Virus record (IMG/VR): IMGVR_UViG_3300025030_000014 | Coordinates: 1-63,715 of that record | DNA length: 63,715 nucleotides | Direction: 5' to 3' (one strand) | DNA from: a virus | Lineage: Duplodnaviria > Caudoviricetes | In this document: positions 36,431 to 46,529 of the stretch, piece after piece | How positions within the stretch are numbered: position 1 is the stretch's first letter | How the letters are laid out: every line of letters begins with the position of its first letter | Made by a program: the position numbers and the translations under genes | Notes under the pieces: generated by a model | The model's database searches: none | What the model was told of the DNA's origin: nothing | Seen by the model: only the letters and a program-made list of their open reading frames with translations

Positions 36431-37623
36431 GTGAGGAGAAAGGCATAGATCTGTTTGGAGAATATCACAACTATTGCAAACTCGCTGGTTGTCCTACATC
36501 TTATCATGACTGGGTACTACTGTCTTCCATCTCCGCTGTAATAGGCAAGAAGCTCTGGATACCCTGTAACTATTTCAAAGCCTACCCGAACCTCTATGTA
36601 ATCCTAGTCTCCCCTCCAGGAGTGGGGATGAAAAGCTCTGCTATGAGAATGGGACGCAGCACTGTGCAACTCTCTGCCTCACCTGTTCAATTCTGCCACG
36701 ACAATGCGACTCCTCAAGCTCTACAGATTGAGATGGTAGATAGCTATTCCACCTTTGAGATAACTCCAGGGAAGTTCTACGGAAGCTCTGCCCTGACTGT
36801 TATTGCCTCAGAGCTAGTCACGCTCCTAAGTGCTGGCCCTCCAATGGTAGAGTTTCTCACTGACATCTTCGACTCAGACACCAAGTTTGAGTATAAGACT
36901 AAGAATAAGGGTTGTCTAGAGATAGTCAATCCTTGTCTTAATATCATCGCAGGTGCGACTACAGAAACCTTCTGTTCACGGATTATCAAGGATGCTGTAG
37001 CGGGTGGATTTATGTCTCGCTCTATCATCGTCTATGACAACGCAGTAAATAGCTCTTCCCCTCTTCAAATGCCAGAAGATGACATGCTAGAGTCTCAGCG
37101 TAAAGTAGCAGAGCGTCTTGCTGAAATCTCCAAGCTCTATGGAGAGGTAAAGTTCACCAAAGAAGCCAAGGAACACTACGAAGCTTGGCATCTAGGAGAG
37201 AAGCCAGAGGCATCTGGAATGAATGTCTCCTTCCATTCTCGCAAACACATTCACATCCTAAAGGTCGCTATGCTCCTTGCAGCAGCAGATCTCACCCGCC
37301 TGATCTCCCTAGACCACATGAAACGGGCAATGCTCTTCATCGAGCGTATAGAGCATAACATGAAGTTCATCTACATGAGCGCGGGAGCTAATAAACAGAG
37401 CGAAATCCACCTCCGTATGCTGAATGCACTTAACGCCGCTGGTAGTCCTATTGAGTATAAAGAGCTACTGGCGCACTTCATGAAGGATGTTACCCAAGAA
37501 GAGTTTGATAAAGTTCTTGAGACACTAGAAAAGGTTGGGTATCTCCAGCAGAAGATTCAGGGGAATAGTCGGGCTATTGGAATTACAGAAAAGGCTAAAG
37601 GGATATTATCAACTTATAAGTGA
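36427..37623 (+). CDS. DUF3987-family P-loop ATPase (putative replicative helicase)
   Basis: PNLYVILVSPPGVGMKSSA, TPQAL, ASEL, NPCLNIIAGAT, GFMSR. Confidence 0.75.
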   Translation: MSEEKGIDLFGEYHNYCKLAGCPTSYHDWVLLSSISAVIGKKLWIPCNYFKAYPNLYVILVSPPGVGMKSSAMRMGRSTVQLSASPVQFCHDNATPQALQIEMVDSYSTFEITPGKFYGSSALTVIASELVTLLSAGPPMVEFLTDIFDSDTKFEYKTKNKGCLEIVNPCLNIIAGATTETFCSRIIKDAVAGGFMSRSIIVYDNAVNSSSPLQMPEDDMLESQRKVAERLAEISKLYGEVKFTKEAKEHYEAWHLGEKPEASGMNVSFHSRKHIHILKVAMLLAAADLTRLISLDHMKRAMLFIERIEHNMKFIYMSAGANKQSEIHLRMLNALNAAGSPIEYKELLAHFMKDVTQEEFDKVLETLEKVGYLQQKIQGNSRAIGITEKAKGILSTYK

Positions 37624-37843
37624 GGTACTATGTTTGCAACATTTGGTTGTGGCTGTACTGCTAATCTAGACCCTAGAACATTTACATTCTGTCTACGACA
37701 GAAGCCTATTTTTGAAGATATTTATTCATTGCATGGTACAATAGCAGAGAAGGTCTGTATTGGTAATGAATTTATTCATCCAATGACGCCTGAGTATCTA
37801 TTTTCTATGATTGAGTTTAATAACCACTAACAAGGAGTCTTGA

Positions 37844-40000
37844 ATGCTCGAAAATGACATTGTATCCCACATCACCCTATCCCCACGCGCTGAGACTATT
37901 GCAGCAAAACGACTCTACCGAAAAGACCTCGAAGGGAATCCTATCGAGAACTATTCCTCCATGTGTCAGCGAGTAGCAAAGCATCTTGCTAACAGCGAGA
38001 CAGAATACCACTCCTTCCTAGAAGTAATGCTTGCACAGGAGTTTCTCCCTAACTCCCCTTGTCTGGTGAATGCAGGGATAGAAGGTCGGCCTAATCAACT
38101 TAGTGGCTGCTTTGTAGTACCCATCGAAGACTCAATGGAGGCAATCTTCGACTCAGTAAAACAGGTTGCTCTCATACACAAACACGGAGGAGGTACTGGA
38201 TCTGATTACTCAGCACTACGTCCAATGAACTCCACAGTAGCCTCTACGCATGGAGTAGCTAGTGGCCCTATCAGCTTCATGAAAGTCTTCGATGGTGCTA
38301 CTGAAGCTGTGAAGCAAGGCGGATCGCGTAGGGGTGCTAATATGGGAGTGCTCCGAGTAGATCATCCTGACATTATGCAATTCATTGCAGCCAAGAGTGA
38401 TCGTAAGTCACTCCAGAACTTTAATCTCTCAGTAGCAATCACCAACAAATTCATGCAGGCAGTCCAAGAGAACACTACCTATGATCTAGTCAATCCTGCA
38501 AATGGGGAGACTATCTCTACTCTTGCAAAGCCAGTATGGGAAGCCATCATCAATAGTGCTCATTACTCTGGTGATCCTGGCCTGATCTTTATTGATAAGA
38601 TCAATCAGCATAATCCACTAACTGGTGAGCATAATACTATCAGGGCGACAAATCCCTGCGGAGAGATGCCTTTAGTATCTTGGGAAGCCTGTGGCCTAGG
38701 CTCTGTTAATCTCTCCTTAATGGTTAGCAATGGACAAGTAAACTTTGAACGGCTTAGAAAAGTAGTCACGGTAGGTATCACCCTACTTAATCGTATGATG
38801 CAGAAGAGTGAGTACCCAAATGATAAGATTGCAGCAAGGGTAAACTATAGTCGCAAAGTAGGACTTGGCCCGATGGGACTTGCAGATCTACTCATCAAGC
38901 TGAAGATCCCTTTCTCCTCCCCTGATGCAGTAGAGATTGCTGAGAACATTGCTATTGTTATTCTGGATAGCACTACTCTTGCTACTCACAAGCTAGGAGC
39001 TATCGAAGGAACTTTCCCAGCTTTTGATGAATACAAGCTTCCTGAGCATATCAAGGAGTCCCTCAGTCGTCTTGGAATTGCAGAGTTAGACTACACTCCT
39101 GCTAATTCTACCATGACTACAGTCGCCCCAACTGGCACTATTTCCATGATCGCAGAGTGCAGCGCTTCCATCGAACCTATCTACAAATACATCCAATTTG
39201 AGAATCGTGCTGATACCCTCATAGAGCATCACCATCCTCTCTATGCTAAGTGGAAAGAGTTATATCCCAATGCTCCTATCCCTTCCTACTACGAGGAAGC
39301 ACATGATATCACCCCTGCACAACACATAGCAATCCAAGCTATCTTCCAGAAGTATACTTGTAGTGGAGTAAGCAAGACCATCAATCTCCCATCTCATGCT
39401 AGTAAGAAGGACGTTTCGGATGCCTACTTCTTAGCATATCGTAGTGGATGTAAGGGCATAACAGTGTATCGGGATGGCTCCTTAGACAACCAAGTCCTCA
39501 GTGGTTCTATGCCCAATGGTAGTGCTGCGAATAGCAACGTCATTGTCCCACTAGATCGTCCTAAGGCACTCAAGGGAGATACTTACCAGATTAAAACTGG
39601 CTATGGGGAGATGCTAGTTACTGTCAACTATCTCAATGGTAAGCCTTTTGAGATTCTGTGTACTCTAGGCAAGAGTGGTGCTTCTGAAATGGCCAAGGCA
39701 GAAGGGATCTCCCGACTCTGCTCTATCCTCTTGCGCTGTGGAGTCTCTCCTGATATTATAGTAGGTCAGTTAGAAGGGATTAAGGGCAGCACTCCTGTGC
39801 ATACAGAGTTGGGCCTTGTGGAGTCAATCCCTGATGCTATCTCTAAGGTCATTACTCATTATGTTTTAGGGAATGAGCATAGTACTGGAACAGTTCCAGC
39901 GATGATGCAATGTCCAGAATGCAAGAAGAGTCATGGATTAGTAAAAGTGGGCAGCTGTATTAAATGCAACCTCTGTGGCTTTGAGTCTTGCGGGGGGTAA
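37844..40000 (+). CDS. nrdJ: Class II (adenosylcobalamin-dependent) ribonucleotide reductase with C-terminal TSCPD/Zn-ribbon region
   Basis: PNSPCL.NAG, LSGCFV, GGGTG, RRGANMG, TNPCGE, VAPTGT, SKTINLP, KGITVYRDG, RP..L.G.T...TGYG, C-terminal CxxC..CxxC; no small subunit gene. Confidence 0.92.
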   Translation: MLENDIVSHITLSPRAETIAAKRLYRKDLEGNPIENYSSMCQRVAKHLANSETEYHSFLEVMLAQEFLPNSPCLVNAGIEGRPNQLSGCFVVPIEDSMEAIFDSVKQVALIHKHGGGTGSDYSALRPMNSTVASTHGVASGPISFMKVFDGATEAVKQGGSRRGANMGVLRVDHPDIMQFIAAKSDRKSLQNFNLSVAITNKFMQAVQENTTYDLVNPANGETISTLAKPVWEAIINSAHYSGDPGLIFIDKINQHNPLTGEHNTIRATNPCGEMPLVSWEACGLGSVNLSLMVSNGQVNFERLRKVVTVGITLLNRMMQKSEYPNDKIAARVNYSRKVGLGPMGLADLLIKLKIPFSSPDAVEIAENIAIVILDSTTLATHKLGAIEGTFPAFDEYKLPEHIKESLSRLGIAELDYTPANSTMTTVAPTGTISMIAECSASIEPIYKYIQFENRADTLIEHHHPLYAKWKELYPNAPIPSYYEEAHDITPAQHIAIQAIFQKYTCSGVSKTINLPSHASKKDVSDAYFLAYRSGCKGITVYRDGSLDNQVLSGSMPNGSAANSNVIVPLDRPKALKGDTYQIKTGYGEMLVTVNYLNGKPFEILCTLGKSGASEMAKAEGISRLCSILLRCGVSPDIIVGQLEGIKGSTPVHTELGLVESIPDAISKVITHYVLGNEHSTGTVPAMMQCPECKKSHGLVKVGSCIKCNLCGFESCGG

Positions 40001-40010
40001 GGAGACTAAC

Positions 40011-41175
40011 ATGCAACTACTAAGCGACATCTCAGAAGACGACTACGCACCTCTACTCCACTCAGGAATGCTCTTCGAACTCTACCCAATGGCTACGGGG
40101 GACTACAAGATAGACTCCCTGAAGCCTGACATTCTCAATAACTGGTACTTAAAAAAGGAGTCTCCCCATGCCTCTTGATACCCGCCAAGTAACCACAGCA
40201 GAGGGAGAGCAACGCTTTTACTACAAATGCCACATCTGTAAGAAAGCGAAGAATATCCTTCCTTATGATACTAAGGCCCTAGCCCATCTTGAGAAGTGTA
40301 GCTGCAAGGTTACGCACTTCCAGCAAGAGATAGACCTTCGAGAGCTGCCACTCTACAACCCTATCGAGAACTGGAGATGAAGTCTCGCTGTAAGGATTGT
40401 GGAGCTAATATAAAACCAGCCTGTGCTTCCTGTGAGCATTACTTAGGAGACATTAACCAGCGTTGGGTAGAGAAGGAGTGTAGAGAAAGCCATTCGGCCT
40501 ATCTACACTCCTCACTTTACAGAAGAAATAAATACCTCTACGGCTGTGTACGAGCCTTTGATGATAAGATGTATGATGAAGGTAGTTGGTAGTGAAACTC
40601 TAACAAGGAGGATTATTATGAATACAGGCAGCGAGGTAAGAGGTATACTCATGAATGAACTAGGACTTACTCGCGAATATGTTCGAGGTTTAGTTGATGA
40701 CATAGTTAGAGCTGAAGTAGCTAAACGCTTGGATAGTGTAAATATTCAGCAGTACCTTGATCGCATTATAGTACAAGAAATTGATAGGCTTTCACGTGGG
40801 TCGAATAGACTTACTGGCACAGATATTCGTGAATATGTACAAAGAGCTGCACAAGAGAAAATGAAAGAGTTTATTACCAGTCGAGTACAAATTCTAACTA
40901 AGGAGATTTAAATGGAAGAGCAGAAAGAAGTAACCCTAGAGGATATTGCAAAGGAATGCGTAGGTAAGATAACCTTCGACATCAACATGAGAAGTGGCTT
41001 CGGTGCAGCTTACCGCATGATAGATCCGAATATGAAAGAGGAGATTCTACGCGGGTGGGTGTTTAGTGTGAAAGAGGTGTTGGAGAAGAGTGGACTTAGT
41101 GTGGCTAAAGAGGTTCCTGTTGTGTTGCCGAAGCCTGCTACTATGCCTTCCCCTGTGCAAATTGGAGGGAAGTGA
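40011..41175 (+). other. Cluster of small hypothetical genes (40011-40178, 40168-40380, 40377-40592, 40618-40911, 40912-41175)
   Basis: Abutting ORFs with RBSs. Confidence 0.55.
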
Positions 41176-41849
41176 TGCAAGAATTTTGTAAGGTAGAGGG
41201 CTGTGGTAAACGTGCTATTAAGAAGGATTGCTGCGATCAGCACTATAGGCATTTTATTCGTTATGGTGAAGCACGTACAATTATTCGAGGAGGCGTTAAT
41301 GAGTACATTACTGAGGGTGATATTACTAAAATAGTACTTAAAGATCAGTTTGGAAAGGTATTAAACTATGCTTTAATTGACACAGAGGATGTAGCTTTGG
41401 TAAAGGATGCCCTCTGGAAATATAATACATCTACAGGATATGTAGGAACCAGCAATACTGGAATATTCCTGCATAAAGTAATTCTACAAACCAAAGGTAA
41501 TGTAGATCATATCAATAGAATACCTAGGGATTGTAGGAAGTCTAATCTACGACAAGCAACACAATCTCAGAATATGATGAATTGTGATTTACGTAGAGAT
41601 AACAGATCTGGAATGCGTGGAGTTAAGCCCATGTCTTGTGGGAATAAATGGAGAGCCATACTATGGTATCAAGGTAAAGAAATATTTATTGGCTCTTTTG
41701 AATGCCGAATAGCCGCTATGTGGGCATATAATCAAAAGTCACTAGAACTATTTGGTGAGTTTGCTTACCAAAATAAGATTGAAGACGTTAAACCATTGAG
41801 TGCTAAGGCTATTAAAGCCTCTAGTAGGAGAGTTTATAATGAGTATTAA
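41172..41849 (+). CDS. HNH-AP2 homing endonuclease
   Basis: VDHINR..DCRKSNLR.AT.SQN..N (HNH_3), then NRSGMRGV..KWRA...IGSF...YN...FGEFA (AP2); N-terminal C..C..C..H. Confidence 0.9.
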   Translation: MMQEFCKVEGCGKRAIKKDCCDQHYRHFIRYGEARTIIRGGVNEYITEGDITKIVLKDQFGKVLNYALIDTEDVALVKDALWKYNTSTGYVGTSNTGIFLHKVILQTKGNVDHINRIPRDCRKSNLRQATQSQNMMNCDLRRDNRSGMRGVKPMSCGNKWRAILWYQGKEIFIGSFECRIAAMWAYNQKSLELFGEFAYQNKIEDVKPLSAKAIKASSRRVYNEY

Positions 41850-42417
41850 GATCTTATGGCTAGATGTTGAGTCGACCGGACTTACCCCAGCTAACGGACT
41901 CATTCAAATCGGGGCTATGATTGAGCTTGATGGGCTAGTAGTGGAGACCATCAACTACAGAATGAACATCTGTGCTGGCGACCAAATCGTTGACGCCGCT
42001 CTACAATGTAACGGCATCACTCGTCAGCAGCTCCGCACCTTCCCTCACCCCAGTGTGAAATACCATCGCTTCGTGAATGTACTGAAGGAATATGTAGACC
42101 ACGAAGACCCTAACGATACCTTCATCCTCGCTGGCTACAACGTCAACTTCGACCTACGTATGCTGAAAGCTTGGTTTGAGAAGAATGATCCCTCGTTCTG
42201 TATCCACAACCTGATAGACGAATCTGCCTATGATGTCCTTGGACTCACTCGTCAGTGGTTCAAGAAACAGGGGATTAAGGTAGGTAAAGGTGGCACAGTT
42301 GAGAACCACAAACTCACTACTATCGCTGCCTACTTCAACATCGAAGAAGACTTCCATGACGCCCTAGGCGACATTCGAGCTACTAAGAAGATCTATGAAA
42401 TCGTGAGTGGAGGGTGA
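41839..42417 (+). CDS. DEDDh 3'-5' exonuclease (DnaQ-like)
   Basis: WLDVESTG, GYNVNFD, HDALGD. Confidence 0.9.
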   Translation: MSIKILWLDVESTGLTPANGLIQIGAMIELDGLVVETINYRMNICAGDQIVDAALQCNGITRQQLRTFPHPSVKYHRFVNVLKEYVDHEDPNDTFILAGYNVNFDLRMLKAWFEKNDPSFCIHNLIDESAYDVLGLTRQWFKKQGIKVGKGGTVENHKLTTIAAYFNIEEDFHDALGDIRATKKIYEIVSGG

Positions 42418-42587
42418 GATGCTGAAGGCATTACTAGAAACTCGAACCTTAATGCAACTAGCCTTTCAAAAGAACGAAGATCTGATCGAGATGTATAAAG
42501 AGGTGGAGAGGCTCCGAGCACTCCTCACTCCACCTCCTCCAACTACTGTAGGAGATGCAGACTACTCCAGAGACATGTAGAAAACTA

Positions 42588-42621
42588 AAGCCCTACAAGA
42601 CTAACATCTCTTGTAGGGCTT
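42588..42621. terminator. Terminator-like hairpin
   Basis: AAGCCCTACAAGA/TCTTGTAGGGCTT inverted repeat. Confidence 0.55.
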
Positions 42622-42638
42622 CTTACTACGGAGTTATT

Positions 42639-42995
42639 ATGTTACGTTACATTCTCATTGCTTTATTACTATTTGGGCACTCTACTCCATTATATGCTGA
42701 GTGGACTACTACAGAGAAGGTTACAGAAGTTGTGGTAGTTACTTCGCTACTAGTAGATATGGCCCAGACGCTAGATATCAAGAACCACGAAGGCTTATAT
42801 GAGACTAATCCTATCCTAGGCAAACATCCAAGTGATAAGAAGGTAGTAAGTTACTTTTTAACCTGTATCTTAGGACATTTATTAATTGCGGATTCCCTGG
42901 GGAATAAGAAAGTCTACTGGCAACATTTCATTCTTATACCTGAGATTTATATCATCGGGCATAATTATGAGCTAGGGTTAAGTGTAAAATTCTGA
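42639..42995 (+). CDS. Signal-peptide membrane protein, paralogue 2 of 16364-16765
   Basis: Signal peptide; DMAQTLDIKNHEGLYETNPILGKHPS; located between two terminator hairpins. Confidence 0.7.
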   Translation: MLRYILIALLLFGHSTPLYAEWTTTEKVTEVVVVTSLLVDMAQTLDIKNHEGLYETNPILGKHPSDKKVVSYFLTCILGHLLIADSLGNKKVYWQHFILIPEIYIIGHNYELGLSVKF

Positions 42996-43002
42996 ACAAA
43001 TA

Positions 43003-43037
43003 AAGCCCACTAGAGAGATAGATTCTCTAGTGGGCTT
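43003..43037. terminator. Bidirectional terminator at the convergence of the two transcription blocks
   Basis: AAGCCCACTAGAGA/TCTCTAGTGGGCTT with A/T tracts on both sides. Confidence 0.8.
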
Positions 43038-43050
43038 CTTTGTTTCTATT

Positions 43051-46000
43051 CTACTGTGCACCTACCTTAGCCCAGGTTGTACTATCTGAAGTATTAATAT
43101 AAAGAACTCCAGCAGATGTTACCCATAAAGAACCCATACTTGCTGTATGAGTAGGTGCCGCTGAAAGGGGACTAGGAGATAATCTTATAGGTGCACCAGA
43201 CGCAGTACTTGCAGATCCAACAGAAGTAGCGAAACTAGCGCCATACCCACCGCCGATATTTTTACAATATAAGGAATAAGTTCCACCTCCTTTTACTAAG
43301 CAGCCAATAGTAGTGCTATCCCAGTTACCAAATGATGCATAAGAAACTAGACCAGAGTAATAGTTATCATCATCTAGACCAATCCGACTAACTAGTTCTG
43401 AGTGACTATTAACATAATCAAATAACCGTATATCACCAGAAAATGAGTCAATAGTACAAACTTTACTATCAGGTACTATATATGTACCTATAGATCTTGT
43501 TATAAATTGTCTAAAGTATATAATGGCCAAACTATCTGCTGGAAGAGCTGTTGCTACTGTTATCCTATAACTATATGTAGTACCCCCCACGACCCATGTA
43601 CCTGTTGCTTTAGTAAGTATCCTATAATGTAGACTACTCATTTTAACCCACTCATTAGTTGTACCATTGCCAGTAATAGCAGTATAATTTGCAGATTCAT
43701 TAAAATATATATAACCTCCTGTCCATCTTGCAGTATCTACTACTGCGCCTGGAAGTGCTACTGTACCATAGGCGGTGTAATAAGAACCATCTAAAGCTAC
43801 CCCTGTCAATGTAGTACCAGTTTTTCCGGTATAGGTAATCCTAATAGCAGACCCTGTACCATCTGATTTTGTACCTAATGTGGCTATTCCAGAAGAGGCA
43901 AAATTAGTTGTATCTTTAACTGAGATAGTAGTATTAATAATATCCCAATCAGAGGTTAGAGCTGTTACATTATTACCTATTATAGCCCCAATAACTAAAC
44001 TACCAGATATAGTACTACCAGTGATATCAATAGCATATAATGTTCCTGTCGTAATACTCCCTGCATCAATAGCCACTGCATTGACTTGAGTAGCAGTAAG
44101 GGTTCCTGTATAAATCCCCGTACTACCTATATAAGTCCCTCTAGCACTCGTAGGAACCCAGCTACTCCCTACATACTGATACTGTGTCTGTGCATAGTAA
44201 GTCCCATCAGTATCTTGGGTATTAAACCACAAGGTATACTGAGCAGGACTTCCAGGAGGATCAGTAGATCTATAGTAACCTACTCCAGAAGTCCCATCTA
44301 CCCCAGCGAGGCTTTTCGTGAGACTCTGTGCAGTAGAGAGTGTGACACTAGTCCCATCTAACATCTTAACCTTCACAGTCCAGTTAACTACAACAGCTGT
44401 AGTCCCATCAGCCATAGCTGAGTAATCTGCGATTGTAGCTGTGGTAGTCCCTGCGCCACTAATACTCCCAGCTGTGATAGTTGCACTTGGAACTTGTGCC
44501 CCAGCCTCAACTGTAAACGTCCCCGCTACCGTAGGAGGATTAACTGCTGTATCTGTAAGATAAGTCCCGCCCTCTAACACTCTTATAGTCGTTCCACTAC
44601 CGCTATAACTACTCACCGCCCCAGCACTACTAGCAGGTAACGTATGCGCAGGATTGGAAACTATAACACTAAGAGCATTACTTCCATCTACTCCACTTAT
44701 CCCAGCAATACCAACAGGATACGCTGCACTCGTAACTGGACTATACCCTGAAACTATCATACTCTGCTCATACAAAAACTTATCCATCTGTGTCCAACCC
44801 TGAGCGTCGATAGTCGCACTAGGGTTAGAAGGCATAAGTCCCGTCAGTGAGCGTGTATTCTCTGTAATAGTCGGCCAGCCACCAGCACCAGCCACAGAAC
44901 TCCTCCAGCTACCTGTACCAGCTTCCACCTCTCCTACAATTCTAGTATCAACAGCATCACGATCTGCGGGCCTTGCACCAGAATACGCCAGAACATAGTC
45001 ATGCACATCTGCTGTGGGGAGGACAGTGATAGAAGCATCCCATAGTGGACGGGCCTCTACTATAACCCCAGCACCTTTGTAGTTCGTCACCAAGTCGCTT
45101 GTACCAGCGTATTCAGAGCCAGAGATGTAGATCTCAGAAGTGCTTGAGATATTGCTGTAGATGTAATAAGGTGATTGGTCATAAACAGAGTTCGGGCCTT
45201 CGAGGAAGTGATTGTTCTCGCTGGTAAACTTGATAGGCTCCCCAGCAGGGTTCTCTGTGGCGTTTTCTACAATCGGTACCCAACCTGTGAGGCCCCCGTT
45301 GTAGAGCAGGTTATTAACATGCACAACCTCAGAAGCAATGTTAACCTCTGGGAATCTAGTCTTCTGATGAGCTACTAGGTTTTTGATAATGGATAGATTC
45401 TTAACTCTATCGCTGACTAGAATACCACGAGAATTTCCTGCATCATATTCCAATCCCTCACTGAGAATGGAATGGGAGAGTGTAAGGTCGTGGGAGTAGT
45501 AATGAAAGGTAATACAATCATCCCGGCCCCAGCTGATTGAGCAGTGGTCTATTACTACGTTATAAATAACATTCTGATTAGGGTAGTGTTGGATATAGAA
45601 CGGGCCGACAATATCAGAGTAGGAATCTCCCATTCGCATACGAAGATGCTGAATAAGAATATCATGGGTTCGGATATTAATCCCGTAGTTGCGAATATTA
45701 ATCCCAGGAGAAGGGGCTGTTTGCCCAGCAATAGTGAGATAAGGGGAAGTTATGTAAATAGGCGAAGTAAGTGCAATCGTACCACTTACCTCAAAGACCA
45801 CAATACGAGGGCCAGTAGCTTCTAATGCTGCACGTAAGGAATCCGCCCCGCTGTTGTTTAAGTTCTTTACTGTGTATATCGTCCCGCCTCTACCGCCTAT
45901 AGTAGAGGAGCCAAATCCCTCGGCATAAGGAAAGGCTTTTAGTTCTCCTAGGATACTACTCCCTGTCGGCCAGACTACCTCAGTAGTAGCAGTGGAGAGG

Positions 46001-46518
46001 TAATCTACCACTCGGACCTTACTCCCCCAGAGGATATCTCCGGGAGTTGCAGTACCTGGGGTAAGCTCCCAGCCATTAGGTACTGTAGGAGCTGTGAACT
46101 CTCCAGTTGCCCAAGTGTAGGTAGAGGTTCCTGAAGGTGCTACGGGAGCAGATGTTGCCCATTGGAAGACTTCTAAGTCTGCTGTACGGGTAATCCCCAT
46201 CGAGATAGTAGCAGTTCCATCGTCATCTACCAGGACTCCAGTACTCGCCAGCCATTCGCTGTCGTCTCCCGGAAATACAGTCTGGACAAAAGGGATGTAT
46301 TGTACCCCATCATCTAGAGTGACATTCGAGAAGGTATAGCTAGGGGTGAGAGTCACAGGAGTAACAGTCGTCCCTCTCATCCCCACAAACGCTGAGGCAG
46401 TGATAGCAGTGAGGGGAGTCTCCCCAGACTTACACAGGGCTACATTAAACCCTAGCAGAAGTCTCTCATCTCCTGTCCACTCCCAGGATAAACTAACATT
46501 CTTTATAACCTTGGCCAT
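43051..46518 (-). CDS. Tail fibre/spike with internal PL1 pectate-lyase domain
   Basis: AFP.AEGFG...GGRGG.IY.V.NLN.SG..SLR, IAGQTAP, VVIDHCSISWG.D, RFP (about 44760-45946), flanked by S/T/G-rich fibre segments. Confidence 0.85.
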   Translation of the reverse strand: MAKVIKNVSLSWEWTGDERLLLGFNVALCKSGETPLTAITASAFVGMRGTTVTPVTLTPSYTFSNVTLDDGVQYIPFVQTVFPGDDSEWLASTGVLVDDDGTATISMGITRTADLEVFQWATSAPVAPSGTSTYTWATGEFTAPTVPNGWELTPGTATPGDILWGSKVRVVDYLSTATTEVVWPTGSSILGELKAFPYAEGFGSSTIGGRGGTIYTVKNLNNSGADSLRAALEATGPRIVVFEVSGTIALTSPIYITSPYLTIAGQTAPSPGINIRNYGINIRTHDILIQHLRMRMGDSYSDIVGPFYIQHYPNQNVIYNVVIDHCSISWGRDDCITFHYYSHDLTLSHSILSEGLEYDAGNSRGILVSDRVKNLSIIKNLVAHQKTRFPEVNIASEVVHVNNLLYNGGLTGWVPIVENATENPAGEPIKFTSENNHFLEGPNSVYDQSPYYIYSNISSTSEIYISGSEYAGTSDLVTNYKGAGVIVEARPLWDASITVLPTADVHDYVLAYSGARPADRDAVDTRIVGEVEAGTGSWRSSVAGAGGWPTITENTRSLTGLMPSNPSATIDAQGWTQMDKFLYEQSMIVSGYSPVTSAAYPVGIAGISGVDGSNALSVIVSNPAHTLPASSAGAVSSYSGSGTTIRVLEGGTYLTDTAVNPPTVAGTFTVEAGAQVPSATITAGSISGAGTTTATIADYSAMADGTTAVVVNWTVKVKMLDGTSVTLSTAQSLTKSLAGVDGTSGVGYYRSTDPPGSPAQYTLWFNTQDTDGTYYAQTQYQYVGSSWVPTSARGTYIGSTGIYTGTLTATQVNAVAIDAGSITTGTLYAIDITGSTISGSLVIGAIIGNNVTALTSDWDIINTTISVKDTTNFASSGIATLGTKSDGTGSAIRITYTGKTGTTLTGVALDGSYYTAYGTVALPGAVVDTARWTGGYIYFNESANYTAITGNGTTNEWVKMSSLHYRILTKATGTWVVGGTTYSYRITVATALPADSLAIIYFRQFITRSIGTYIVPDSKVCTIDSFSGDIRLFDYVNSHSELVSRIGLDDDNYYSGLVSYASFGNWDSTTIGCLVKGGGTYSLYCKNIGGGYGASFATSVGSASTASGAPIRLSPSPLSAAPTHTASMGSLWVTSAGVLYINTSDSTTWAKVGAQ

Positions 46519-46529
46519 GTAGAACTCCT

